From NCBI GenBank assembly GCA_030647095.1, contig JAUSKH010000063.1, positions 1 through 42,262 of the forward strand: a DNA stretch of 42,262 bases, given 5' to 3'. Shown here in pieces: positions 16,417 through 25,636 of this stretch. Both the position numbers and the translations under genes were made by a program. Below the pieces are notes generated by a model that worked only from the letters and a program-made list of their open reading frames with translations, ran no database searches and was not told where the DNA came from. Origin of the DNA: Nanobdellota archaeon. GTDB taxonomy: Archaea > Nanobdellota > Nanobdellia > Pacearchaeales > GW2011-AR1. Numbering within the stretch: position 1 is the first letter of the stretch; every line of letters starts with the position of its first letter.

Positions 16417-16869
16417 ATGAACCAACAAGGAAAGACAAAAGAATTTTTTATGCATCTTGGAGGAGCTATTTTAGTTGCGATATTAGCTATTGGAATTCTC
16501 GCCTATTTTGGTATCTTTAGTTCTGGGAAGTATATTACAGGTTCAGCTGTTGTGAACCCTCCTTTTTATGTGGACGCTTGGAATGTGCAAGCGGATACTG
16601 GTTCTGGTAAGGCAGGCATAGTACTTGAGTTGAAAAATAATGGAAAAGAGGATTATAATATAGAGAGTGTAAGCGTTTCTGGGTGCGGATCTTATAGTAG
16701 GGCGATTCCTATTACTAAGGATTCTTTATTAACAATTAGCATTGATTGTGGCACATCCTTAGTTGTAGATGAGATATTTAAGGGAGATGTAATGGTGGTT
16801 TATAGAAAGATTGGTAGTTCTATTGATTTGACTTCTCTAGGAGAAATAGATGAGAAGATTACGTCGTAA
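16417..16869 (+). CDS. Membrane-anchored or secreted hypothetical protein
   Basis: One N-terminal hydrophobic helix (LGGAILVAILAIGILAYFGIF), then a beta-rich domain. No motif recognised. Confidence 0.45.
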   Translation: MNQQGKTKEFFMHLGGAILVAILAIGILAYFGIFSSGKYITGSAVVNPPFYVDAWNVQADTGSGKAGIVLELKNNGKEDYNIESVSVSGCGSYSRAIPITKDSLLTISIDCGTSLVVDEIFKGDVMVVYRKIGSSIDLTSLGEIDEKITS

Positions 16870-17009
16870 AAGTAAAACTTATTTTTTATTTTATTGTAAA
16901 TTATATTGCGCAGAAAGGGAGATTTTATTCTCCGTAATACTCTAAGGTAAGACCTTGGGGGTTTCACAGAAGGCAAAAGAATTAAAAACATATTCTCTTT
17001 TATTTTGGG

Positions 17010-17348
17010 ATGGAAGAAAAAGTATCATTTAAGGATTTTCAGAAGCTTGATTTGAGAGTTGGGAAAATTATTTCTGTGGAGGATCATCCAAATGCTGATA
17101 ATCTTTATGTTCTAAAGGTAGATTTTGGCAATGAAAGAAGAGAGATAGTGGCTGGATTAAGGAAACACTATTCTAAGAATGATCTGGAAGGTAAGAAAGC
17201 TGTTTTTGCTGTTAATTTAGAGCCCGTAACTTTGCGAGGGGTGAAAAGTGAAGGTATGATTCTTGCTGCTGTAAGTGGAGATGAATCACAGGTTGTTTTT
17301 ATTGCACCTGAAAATCAAGATATTGGGGAAGGAAGCGAGATACGGTAG
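17010..17348 (+). CDS. tRNA-binding domain protein (Trbp111/CsaA/EMAP-like OB fold)
   Basis: FQKLDLRVGKIISVEDHPNADNLYVLKVDFG...VAGLRKHY...RGVKSEGMILAA is the classical tRNA_bind signature. Confidence 0.85.
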   Translation: MEEKVSFKDFQKLDLRVGKIISVEDHPNADNLYVLKVDFGNERREIVAGLRKHYSKNDLEGKKAVFAVNLEPVTLRGVKSEGMILAAVSGDESQVVFIAPENQDIGEGSEIR

Positions 17349-17595
17349 AATAAGTATTATATAATATGTATTGCTTTATGTGGTAAGTGATATAATATTT
17401 GTATCACTTTAGAAAGGTTTTTTGGAGGCGACTATTTTTAAATGGAGTTTAATCTTTCTATGGTTGTGAAAATACTAAACACTATTTAATAATTTTTTTT
17501 TGGGCTCATTTAAATTTTATAGGATAGAGACTTTTTTTCTCATTTGTTATTTTTAATTAGATAAGTTTTATAATGGTTGTAGTATTATCTAACGT

Positions 17596-17973
17596 ATGAA
17601 AAAAATATTAGATTTACCCTATAATGATTTCAAAACAGAATTTTTTGTGTTGCCTAAAATAGATGAATTTCTAAGAGATAATAATGTCAAATATAAAGAA
17701 TTTCTTCCTGATGAACATTACTTTTATGAAGTTCTATTATTTGAAATTATAGATTGGGATAAAGATGGTAAACCTGATAAAAAATTTGGCAATTCCTTCA
17801 GAGTACTTTATTATGGAATAATTGAGCAATGGAAAGACAAAATTCCAGAGGGTTTCAATGATAATTTTAAGCATAATAAGAAAGACATTTTAGGAGATAG
17901 GCGGCAAATAGTATCGGAGACAAGGAATCACCCAGCATTTAGTATAAAATATAAAATACTAAGAGAAAATTAA
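17596..17973 (+). CDS. Hypothetical protein
   Basis: ORF only. It follows a 250-nt AT-rich intergenic region. Confidence 0.35.
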   Translation: MKKILDLPYNDFKTEFFVLPKIDEFLRDNNVKYKEFLPDEHYFYEVLLFEIIDWDKDGKPDKKFGNSFRVLYYGIIEQWKDKIPEGFNDNFKHNKKDILGDRRQIVSETRNHPAFSIKYKILREN

Positions 17974-17999
17974 GATAAATGACAAAATTTTCAACCTAT

Positions 18000-18495
18000 T
18001 TATAAATCTATAATTTCAATAATCTTGCTAACTATATAATTTTCATTTAAATTACCATCAATATTAATGATAAAATCAGCATATTTAACATATAGTGATT
18101 GTCTTTGTGCGTAAACTGATTTTAAGTTGCCTTTCTTAAGACCTATAATTCCTCTGCTTGGTTTATTATTCATCCTCTTTTCTATATTTTCTAATGAATC
18201 GTAAAGGAAAATTATCGGAGGTCTTTTTAAGGAAGTTCATTGCTTTATCGGAGTATATTGCGCTTCCTCCTGGCGCTATAACAGTATTTTTTACTTTTAG
18301 GTTAAGGGTTTGATTTTCTTCTTTTTTTAACAATTCCTTCTCACCAAAATTATCTATTATAGATTGGATGCTCATACACTTAGATTCTTCTATTAATTTA
18401 TCTATATCTATAAAATTATATTTTATTTTTTCTGCTAATGCTTTTCCAAAGAAACTTTTTCCTACAGCAGGCATCCCTATCAATGTAATGTTCAT
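18000..18495 (-). pseudogene. AroK-like (shikimate-kinase family) P-loop kinase gene interrupted by a +1 frameshift
   Basis: The N-terminal frame gives MNITLIGMPAVGKSFFGKALAEKIKYNFIDIDKLIEE ... VIAPGGSAIY. After about 18205-18235 (a T5/A5 run lies at 18224-18228) the homologous sequence continues in another frame: IIFLYDSLENIEKRMNNKPSRGIIGLKKGNLKSVYAQRQSLYVKYADFIINIDG...*. The stop is at 18000-18002. Confidence 0.6.
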
Positions 18496-18500
18496 ATTAT

Positions 18501-19256
18501 TTATCTATAAAATAACCTGTCAAGAAAAGAAGATTCTTTTTTGTATGTTGTATTGCTAATTATTCTGGAGGCAATGTTTTTGTAAGCTAAGGCTGCCTTA
18601 CTTTTTGGATACGCATCAATTATGGAGCTTTTAGATACTAAAGCGTATTGTACTTTTGCGTCGTCTGGAACAACGCCAATTATTGGAAGTTCGAGCATGT
18701 CTCTTATATTTGATATAGGCATTTCTATTTTTGATCTTTTGACTTTTGTTACTATAACTCCTCTAATAGGTTTGCCCATTTGTTCAGCAAGTTTTACTGT
18801 TTTTAGAGCATCAGTTACAGCAGGAATTTCAGGATTTGTAACAATTATTAATTCGTCTGCTGCTTCGATTGCAGCGATGGCTTCTTCACCTAGACCTGCA
18901 GCTGAATCGTAAATAATGTATTCAGCCATTTTTCTGAGTTTTTTCCCAACATCTTTTAATTTTCCATGATTTATTTTGCGAAGTTCGTTTATTGATAGAG
19001 AGCTTGGTATAATTTTAGTTCCTGATTCATGTTCATACATTGCATCTGCTATTGTTGCTTTTCCTGATAATACATGATTAAGACTTATAGGGACTATAGG
19101 GGCGCCTAGATGCAAGCCAATATTTGGAGTTGTAAGATTTGCATCAACAATAATTACTTCTTTTCCGAATGAGTTTAACGCTATGCCTAGATTGATTGCT
19201 GTAGTTGTTTTACCTACTCCACCTTTTCCCGACGTAATAGTTATTAGTTTGCTCAT
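18501..19256 (-). CDS. minD: MinD/ParA-family ATPase (archaeal MinD type)
   Basis: Deviant Walker A motif SGKGGVGKTT, a Walker B-like IIYDSAAG, and about 250 aa in length. Confidence 0.9.
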   Translation of the reverse strand: MSKLITITSGKGGVGKTTTAINLGIALNSFGKEVIIVDANLTTPNIGLHLGAPIVPISLNHVLSGKATIADAMYEHESGTKIIPSSLSINELRKINHGKLKDVGKKLRKMAEYIIYDSAAGLGEEAIAAIEAADELIIVTNPEIPAVTDALKTVKLAEQMGKPIRGVIVTKVKRSKIEMPISNIRDMLELPIIGVVPDDAKVQYALVSKSSIIDAYPKSKAALAYKNIASRIISNTTYKKESSFLDRLFYR

Positions 19257-19367
19257 TTTTTATTTGAATTTTCCCTTTTTTCATATGATATTTATAGTGA
19301 AAGACTTTTGTCTTTCCCTAAATGTCAAGAACTTTCAGTTCTTGAGCATAGGTAGATGTAAAAGAAA

Positions 19368-19793
19368 TTATTTTATAGAGCTTATAAATCTTTCTAGTAA
19401 AGAAGCATATTCTTTTAGTTTATCTAGATTTATATTTATTATTTGATTTTTGTAAAATACTTTTAGATTAACTCCTTTCCTAAATTCGTTTTCACGTACC
19501 TTGTCTAATTTGTCTATATCTCTAAAAAATTCATAGAGATTAAGAGTTTCGCTGATTATCTGATTATTTATATAAATCCTCTTTAGTTGTATTAATTTTG
19601 CTCTTGGAGCGTTTGGTACAGGTTTCCACTTTCTTTCTTTCTTTGCTCTTTCTACAAGTCTGTCTATGCCTTTTTCAATCATGTTTTTCCATCTGGACAG
19701 AAGATTAATAATGACGTCACAAGTCTTCGTATACTTAAGGCTTACGTAAAGAAGATGGTCTGCACTAATTTTCTCTTTTATTATGTCTTCCAT
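19368..19793 (-). CDS. Hypothetical protein
   Basis: ORF only. Helical and basic. It lies upstream of minD on the same strand. Confidence 0.45.
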   Translation of the reverse strand: MEDIIKEKISADHLLYVSLKYTKTCDVIINLLSRWKNMIEKGIDRLVERAKKERKWKPVPNAPRAKLIQLKRIYINNQIISETLNLYEFFRDIDKLDKVRENEFRKGVNLKVFYKNQIININLDKLKEYASLLERFISSIK

Positions 19794-19873
19794 TAATAAA
19801 TATAAAATACCGAATGGATGTTTAAAGGGTCATCCTATTTAAATACCTTTCTGAATTTAACGAGGATTAGTGT

Positions 19874-20209
19874 TTATGAGAGTTTCAAGATTGCTTCTGC
19901 TATATCTCCTGATTCTTCAAGAGCTTTTTTTGCTTCTTTCTCTGTTGCCCCTGTTTTTTCTATAATCAGTTTAATATCTTCTTCATTAGTTCTTTCTTCC
20001 GAAGGTTCTTCAGTGGCATCGCCAGCGATCTGCCAGGTTTCCTGTCCTGACATTGTGACTCTTTGTATAGATGGATTTTCAATTATAATTTTTGAATCTT
20101 GCTTTTCTATTATAACACGAGTTGCTTCTATCTCTTCCTGCGAGATTCCCATCTGTCGCATCATTGCCTGCATTTTTTTAGGATCTATTTTACCCATTCC
20201 TGGAAACAT
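19874..20209 (-). CDS. nac: Nascent polypeptide-associated complex protein (archaeal NAC)
   Basis: N-terminal KKMQAMMRQMGI, then the NAC beta-barrel region, then a C-terminal UBA-like segment (EEDIKLIIEKTGATEKEAKKALEESGDIAEAI). Confidence 0.85.
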   Translation of the reverse strand: MFPGMGKIDPKKMQAMMRQMGISQEEIEATRVIIEKQDSKIIIENPSIQRVTMSGQETWQIAGDATEEPSEERTNEEDIKLIIEKTGATEKEAKKALEESGDIAEAILKLS

Positions 20210-20255
20210 GTAATATTCTAAGAAGGTTATTATTTATAGTTTTGCAATTTATATT

Positions 20256-20558
20256 TTATTCTCTATAATCTTTTTTTACTGTAAATTCAGGTTCTCCAGC
20301 TACTTCGTATATTTCAGCTAATCTTTTTGCATCTTTTAGATATGTTGGGGATTCGATAGTAATCCTGTTTTTTATAAGATCTACATTACAAACCTTATTT
20401 TCCATATTTCCTTCCCTACGTCTAACAGTTATACTATATGGAAATATATTATCCTCGCTAAAGAAATAGTCGCCTAACTGTTTAACCCTTCCACTTAGTT
20501 TTCCTGCACTATCTTCTTCTGCTATTTCTTCTCTGGTTTTTCCTACTATTTTTACCAT
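20256..20558 (-). CDS. Hypothetical protein
   Basis: ORF only. Confidence 0.4.
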   Translation of the reverse strand: MVKIVGKTREEIAEEDSAGKLSGRVKQLGDYFFSEDNIFPYSITVRRREGNMENKVCNVDLIKNRITIESPTYLKDAKRLAEIYEVAGEPEFTVKKDYRE

Positions 20559-20615
20559 TTTGATACGAATGGTAGCTTATTTATAAGAATTGTTGTTATG
20601 ATAAGATACTTATTA

Positions 20616-20783
20616 TTAAACAACAATAGGCCAGAATAGTTTAAAGAGAAGCACAAGTAAGATTATTGCTACTACAAAACCTATTACTTGTATAGGCGTT
20701 ATAACGAATTTGCTTCTATATTCTTCATCATATCTAACAATTCCGCCAAAGCCTTGTAAGTGAATTTTGCTGCTTTCTGCCAT
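20616..20783 (-). CDS. secG: Sec61-beta/SecG-type preprotein translocase subunit (55 aa, absent from the ORF track)
   Basis: My own translation is MAESSKIHLQGFGGIVRYDEEYRSKFVITPIQVIGFVVAIILLVLLFKLFWPIVV*. A G(L/I)xRY(F)DE box followed by one C-terminal TM helix is the archaeal Sec61-beta pattern. Confidence 0.65.
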   Translation of the reverse strand: MAESSKIHLQGFGGIVRYDEEYRSKFVITPIQVIGFVVAIILLVLLFKLFWPIVV

Positions 20784-20872
20784 GATTTATTTATTGAAAG
20801 ATGGTATAAAAAGTTATCTTTTTTGTTTTTATTTATGAGAAAGGTTTAAAAGTGGTAAAACTAGAGATTTTT

Positions 20873-21178
20873 ATGAATATAAAATACACTGTTGATGGGT
20901 TGCCGATTGTATCACGAGAAACTATAGATGTATTTCAAAGAGATATGCTGCGAAGATGTACAGAAGGGAATGATTCAGAGTTTTCTTTAGAAATCGTTAA
21001 AAGAATCGTTAAAGAAAATCCATATTTAGCAAACGCGGCTGAGGAATTTTACGGGCAGACAAACCAAAGAGACGGAAAGCCGTTGGAACCCTCAGAGGAT
21101 TATTATTTTGGGATTGGAGTAACGTACGAGCTTTTGAGAAAACAGGCGGAATCTAATAATTTAGAAAGAAAAGAATAG
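20873..21178 (+). CDS. Hypothetical protein
   Basis: ORF only. The ATG at 20873 is preferred over the GTG at 20852. Confidence 0.4.
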   Translation: MNIKYTVDGLPIVSRETIDVFQRDMLRRCTEGNDSEFSLEIVKRIVKENPYLANAAEEFYGQTNQRDGKPLEPSEDYYFGIGVTYELLRKQAESNNLERKE

Positions 21179-21195
21179 AAGTCTATTTATTATTC

Positions 21196-21831
21196 TCACT
21201 TTTCTTCTAATCTTTTTAGAAATCTTTTCTTATCCTTTCCTGGAACGTCTTTGCCCCAAAGAACAAATATTCTGTTTATTTTACTCCAGTATTTTTTTGG
21301 AGCTATTTTCATCATTTCCATTTCTGTTTCACGCGGCGTTTTTGTATTAACTATATTTAAGACGTTAAGTAAACGATGGCAATGTGTATCTATAGTTATA
21401 GAGTCTTTATTATAAACCTCTGATAAAACGAGGTTTGCTGTTTTTCTGCCAACACCTGGAATTTCTACAAGCGATTTTATGCTATCTGGAATTTTTCCAT
21501 TGTGGTTTTTTATTAGATATTGGGCTGCTGCAACAACATTCTTTGCTTTTGTTTTATTATAATTAAGAGATTTGAAGATTTTTAGAACGTCTTTGTTATC
21601 AGCTTTTGCAAGAGATTTTAGTGTTGGGTATTTTTTGAACAGGTTTTCCGCTATTGGAATTGTTGTTTCATCTCTGGATTGAGCTGACATGATTGTGGTT
21701 ATTAGCGTTTGCCAATCGTGCTGCCAGCCTTCACCTGCAAGACGTTTTTCACTTTTACTATATTTTTTCTCTGCTGCTTTGAAAATTTTGAGGAAGTATT
21801 CTTTTTTATTCATAAATGAATAATGAAACAC
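21196..21831 (-). CDS. nth: Endonuclease III-like HhH-GPD DNA glycosylase, apparently without the 4Fe-4S cluster loop
   Basis: Helix-hairpin-helix LVEIPGVGRKTANLVL, followed by an Asp region (ITIDTHCHRL). No C-terminal Cx6Cx2Cx5C cluster is visible. Confidence 0.75.
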   Translation of the reverse strand: MFHYSFMNKKEYFLKIFKAAEKKYSKSEKRLAGEGWQHDWQTLITTIMSAQSRDETTIPIAENLFKKYPTLKSLAKADNKDVLKIFKSLNYNKTKAKNVVAAAQYLIKNHNGKIPDSIKSLVEIPGVGRKTANLVLSEVYNKDSITIDTHCHRLLNVLNIVNTKTPRETEMEMMKIAPKKYWSKINRIFVLWGKDVPGKDKKRFLKRLEEK

Positions 21832-21863
21832 AACTTTAAATATGTTATATCCTTTTTCTTTTA

Positions 21864-22550
21864 ATGGTTAATAATTCTTTAAAAGGCAAAGTTGTTTTTA
21901 TAACTGGGGCTAGTTTGGGCATTGGAAAAGAAACTGCTTTTGCATTCGCCCGTGAGGGATGCAAGTTAGCACTGACTTACTATAAAGACGAAAAAGAAGG
22001 AAAAGAAGTTTTGGCAAAATGTAAAGAATTAGGTGCTGAGGATGTTTTGTTTGTCAAGCTTAATTTGATGGAAGATCTAAGTATCAAAGAGGTTGTAAAG
22101 AAAGTCGTTGCAAAATATAGGTATATTGATATTCTTATCAATAACGCAGGTATTGTTGTTTGGAAGAAATTGGCTGAACAGAGTTTTCAAGAGATTGAGC
22201 AGCAGTTAAGAATAAATCTAGAAGGGCTTATAAAAATGACTCGTGAGTCTCTTCCATTTATACATGAGATGGTTATTAATCTTGCGAGTGCAGCTGGTCT
22301 TGAAGGTTATGAAGAAATAACTACATATTGTGCTACTAAATTTGGGGTTAGGGGATTTACAAAGGCATGTGCTGCTGAAATGTCAAATATTAAATCTTAT
22401 TCTATAAATCCAGGAGTTATTGCAACAAGGATGAATGACTTTCAGGGGATGCCTCCAGAGAAAGTAGCAGAGGTTATTTTGAATGTTGTTAGAGGAGAGT
22501 ATATCCTTGAGTCAGGAGATGACGTTAATATTTGGGATTATGTTAGTTAG
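21864..22550 (+). CDS. Short-chain dehydrogenase/reductase (SDR)
   Basis: ITGASLGIG (TGxxxGxG), NNAG and YCATK (YxxxK). Confidence 0.85.
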   Translation: MVNNSLKGKVVFITGASLGIGKETAFAFAREGCKLALTYYKDEKEGKEVLAKCKELGAEDVLFVKLNLMEDLSIKEVVKKVVAKYRYIDILINNAGIVVWKKLAEQSFQEIEQQLRINLEGLIKMTRESLPFIHEMVINLASAAGLEGYEEITTYCATKFGVRGFTKACAAEMSNIKSYSINPGVIATRMNDFQGMPPEKVAEVILNVVRGEYILESGDDVNIWDYVS

Positions 22551-22607
22551 ATTTTGGATAAATCTAACAACCAATAATCTTTTAATGTCTTTTTTCTATA
22601 GCTTTTA

Positions 22608-25049
22608 ATGGTTGAATTAGGTATAAATGCTATTGAAGAAAAATGGAGGAGATATTGGGAGAAAGAAGGAATTTATTCTTTTAATCCAAAGAGTAAGAAG
22701 AAAGTTTATTCTATAGATACTCCTCCTCCAACTGTTTCTGGAGAGATGCATATAGGGCATGCTTGTTCTTATTCTCAGCAGGATTTTATTGTACGTTATA
22801 AGAGAATGAAAGGATTTGAAGTTTTTTATCCTTTCGGGACAGATGATAATGGACTACCTACAGAAAGACTTGTTGAAAAAAGGAAAGGAGTAAAAGCAAG
22901 AGACATGTCTAGAGAGAAATTTATTGAATTATGCATGGAATTTTTGAAAGAAGAGAGGCCAAAATATATTCAGGATTGGAAGAATATTGGGATAAGTTGT
23001 GATTGGAATATTCTTTATTCTACTATTGATAGTCATTCTAGAAGAATTTCTCAATGGTCTTTTCTTGATTTGCATAAGAAGAAAAGAGTTTATAGAAAAG
23101 ACGCGCCTTCTATGTGGTGTCCGGAGTGTAAGACTGGAGTTGCGCAAGTAGAAATTAAGGATAAAGAAGTAGATTCTACTTTTAACGATATTGTTTTTAA
23201 AGTAGAAGGAAAAACTTTAATTATTGCTACAACAAGACCAGAGTTATTGCCTGCTTGTGTTGCAGTATTTTATCATCCTTCTGATAAGAGATATAAAAAA
23301 TTGAAAGGTAAAATGGCTAAGGTTCCGTTATTTGATATGGAAGTTCCAATAATGGAAGATGAAAGAGCTGATCCTGAAAAAGGAACTGGAATAGTTATGT
23401 GCTGCACTTTTGGCGATCAGACAGATATGGAGTGGCAGAAAGCACATAACTTGTCTATAAAAATGGCTATTTCTGAAGAGGGTAGGATGACTGAACTTGC
23501 TGGAAAATATAAAGGAATGTCAATTAAGGAAGCTCGTAAAAATATCATAAATGATTTGAAAGAAGAAGGACTTTTGATTAAGCAAGAGCCAATAAAACAT
23601 TTTGTTAATGTACATGAGAGATGTGGTACACCTATAGAATTTATTAAGAGTAAGCAGTGGTTTGTTAAATATCTTGACCTGAAAAAAGATATGTTAAAAT
23701 GGGGTGAAGAGTTAGAATGGCATCCTAAATTTATGAAGCATAGATATGATAACTGGGTTAAGGGTTTACAATGGGATTGGTTGATATCTAATCAAAGATA
23801 TTTTGGAGTTCCTTTTCCTGTTTGGTATTGCAAGAAATGTGACGAACCTATTATTGCAGAGGAGAAACAATTACCTGTAGATCCTATGAAAGACAAACCT
23901 TTTGCGAAGAAATGTTCTAAATGTGGAAGTAGTGAATTTGTTCCTGAGACAGATGTTTTGAATACATGGTTTACCTCTTCTATGACACCTCAACTTTCTA
24001 CTTATTTGATTAAGGATAAGGAAGTGCAAAAAAAGATTTTCCCTATGGATTTGAGACCGCAGGCACACGACATTATTACTTTTTGGCTTTTCAATACAAT
24101 GGTAAAATCAAGGTTGCATTTTGGTAAAAATCCTTGGAAACATACAGCTATTTCTGGTTTTGTTACTTTAGAAGGTGAGAAGATGTCGAAGTCTAAAGGA
24201 AATGTTGTTAGACCTAGAGAAGTTATTGAAAAGTATGGTGGAGATGCTGTAAGATATTGGGCTTCATCTTCAAAATTAGGAGAAGATATAAATTATCAAG
24301 AGAAGGATGTTTTATCAGGGAAGAAATTTGTCGTCAAGATGCTTAATGCTGCTAATTTTGTTTTTATGACTTCAAGATTTTTGAAGCCAGATGGAAATCT
24401 TGAGGGTGCTCAAGAATCTACTAAATCAGATAAGATTCTTGACAATTTGAAATATGAAAAAAAGATGCCTAAAATTTTAGAGAGCGATAGATTATTTTTG
24501 AAAGAGTTGAATAAAGTAATAACTAGTACGACTGAGGCTTTTGAAGATTTTAATTATTCAAAAGCAAAGCTAGAGGCTGATGGTTTCTTTTGGAAGACGT
24601 TTGCTGATAATTATTTAGAAATTGTCAAATATAGAATATATAATGGAACTACGGAAGAAAAGGCTTCTGCTGGTTATGCGCTTTATCAAGGTTTGTTGGC
24701 GATTCTAAAAATGATGGCTCCATTCACACCATATATTACTGAAGAGATTTACCAGCAGCATTTTAGTAAAAATGAAGGTAAGAAATCAATACATATAGAG
24801 GAATGGCCTATTCCTTTGAAAATAAAGGAGAATAAGACTGATGATGAAGTTTGGGATAAATTAATTGAAGTAATGACTTTAACTAGGCAAAAGAAGTCTG
24901 AAGCTAAGAAGTCTGTTAAAGTTGAGATTATTTTGAGTTTGCCAAAAAAGGATTTGGAATTATTGGATAAAGTTCTAGGAGATTTGAAGAGTGTTTTGAA
25001 TGCACGGGAAATTAGAGAGAGTAAGGAATTGGAAGTTGAGTTTGTTTAG
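22608..25049 (+). CDS. valS: Valine--tRNA ligase
   Basis: Class I motifs are PPPTVSGEMHIGHA (HIGH) and KMSKSKGN (KMSKS). ATTRPELLPACVAV, the CP1 editing insertion and the WCPECKTGVAQVE zinc knuckle fit archaeal ValRS. Confidence 0.85.
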   Translation: MVELGINAIEEKWRRYWEKEGIYSFNPKSKKKVYSIDTPPPTVSGEMHIGHACSYSQQDFIVRYKRMKGFEVFYPFGTDDNGLPTERLVEKRKGVKARDMSREKFIELCMEFLKEERPKYIQDWKNIGISCDWNILYSTIDSHSRRISQWSFLDLHKKKRVYRKDAPSMWCPECKTGVAQVEIKDKEVDSTFNDIVFKVEGKTLIIATTRPELLPACVAVFYHPSDKRYKKLKGKMAKVPLFDMEVPIMEDERADPEKGTGIVMCCTFGDQTDMEWQKAHNLSIKMAISEEGRMTELAGKYKGMSIKEARKNIINDLKEEGLLIKQEPIKHFVNVHERCGTPIEFIKSKQWFVKYLDLKKDMLKWGEELEWHPKFMKHRYDNWVKGLQWDWLISNQRYFGVPFPVWYCKKCDEPIIAEEKQLPVDPMKDKPFAKKCSKCGSSEFVPETDVLNTWFTSSMTPQLSTYLIKDKEVQKKIFPMDLRPQAHDIITFWLFNTMVKSRLHFGKNPWKHTAISGFVTLEGEKMSKSKGNVVRPREVIEKYGGDAVRYWASSSKLGEDINYQEKDVLSGKKFVVKMLNAANFVFMTSRFLKPDGNLEGAQESTKSDKILDNLKYEKKMPKILESDRLFLKELNKVITSTTEAFEDFNYSKAKLEADGFFWKTFADNYLEIVKYRIYNGTTEEKASAGYALYQGLLAILKMMAPFTPYITEEIYQQHFSKNEGKKSIHIEEWPIPLKIKENKTDDEVWDKLIEVMTLTRQKKSEAKKSVKVEIILSLPKKDLELLDKVLGDLKSVLNAREIRESKELEVEFV

Positions 25050-25084
25050 ATTAGTTTTATAAACATATAAATCTATTATTATAT

Positions 25085-25285
25085 ATGAACCAAAGAGGAG
25101 AGAGGTATTCTTCTGAAAATAGACCACATAATGAAAGTTCAGATATTAGTCAGAATATTGGGTATAAACAACTTACTTTTTATTTTGCTGATAAAAAGCA
25201 GAAGAATTTATTTGAAGATGTGAAAAAAGAAGAAGTTGTGGAACATCCGAGACATATTCCTGGACAGTTGGAATTGTTTAATTAG
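25085..25285 (+). CDS. Hypothetical small protein
   Basis: ORF only. Confidence 0.3.
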   Translation: MNQRGERYSSENRPHNESSDISQNIGYKQLTFYFADKKQKNLFEDVKKEEVVEHPRHIPGQLELFN

Positions 25286-25344
25286 CGAGTATGATGTTGG
25301 TATGATAAAGTTAATTTTATTAAGATGTGGTTTGGATTATATTC

Positions 25345-25509
25345 ATGAAACAGTCAATTATTATATCTTTAATTGGTTTAGCTTTTAGTTTTATTGGTAG
25401 TTTATTTTTAGTTTTTGCTGTAAAGATTATACCTCTAACTAATTATTCTACTCAAGAAGGATTATCTGTTAGCATTTATTTTGCAGACCTTCCTGCTACA
25501 ATAAGCTAA
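25345..25509 (+). CDS. Hypothetical small membrane protein
   Basis: ORF with one clear TM helix (IIISLIGLAFSFIGSLFLVFAV). Confidence 0.3.
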   Translation: MKQSIIISLIGLAFSFIGSLFLVFAVKIIPLTNYSTQEGLSVSIYFADLPATIS

Positions 25510-25636
25510 GTTAATATGAATATCTATATTTCTGGTATAATTCTACTTGCAGTAGGATTTGTTTTTCAATTTATAGGAATATTAAAGGAGAATTACAAGC
25601 ACTAACATTTATTAAGCTTCATTAGGTTTTTTTAAT

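Noticed and set aside
25085-25285. The C-terminal GQLELFN of the 66-aa ORF looked like a PCNA-interacting (PIP) box.
   Set aside because: It does not fit Qxx[LIM]xx[FY][FY], and it is too short and isolated to support a call.
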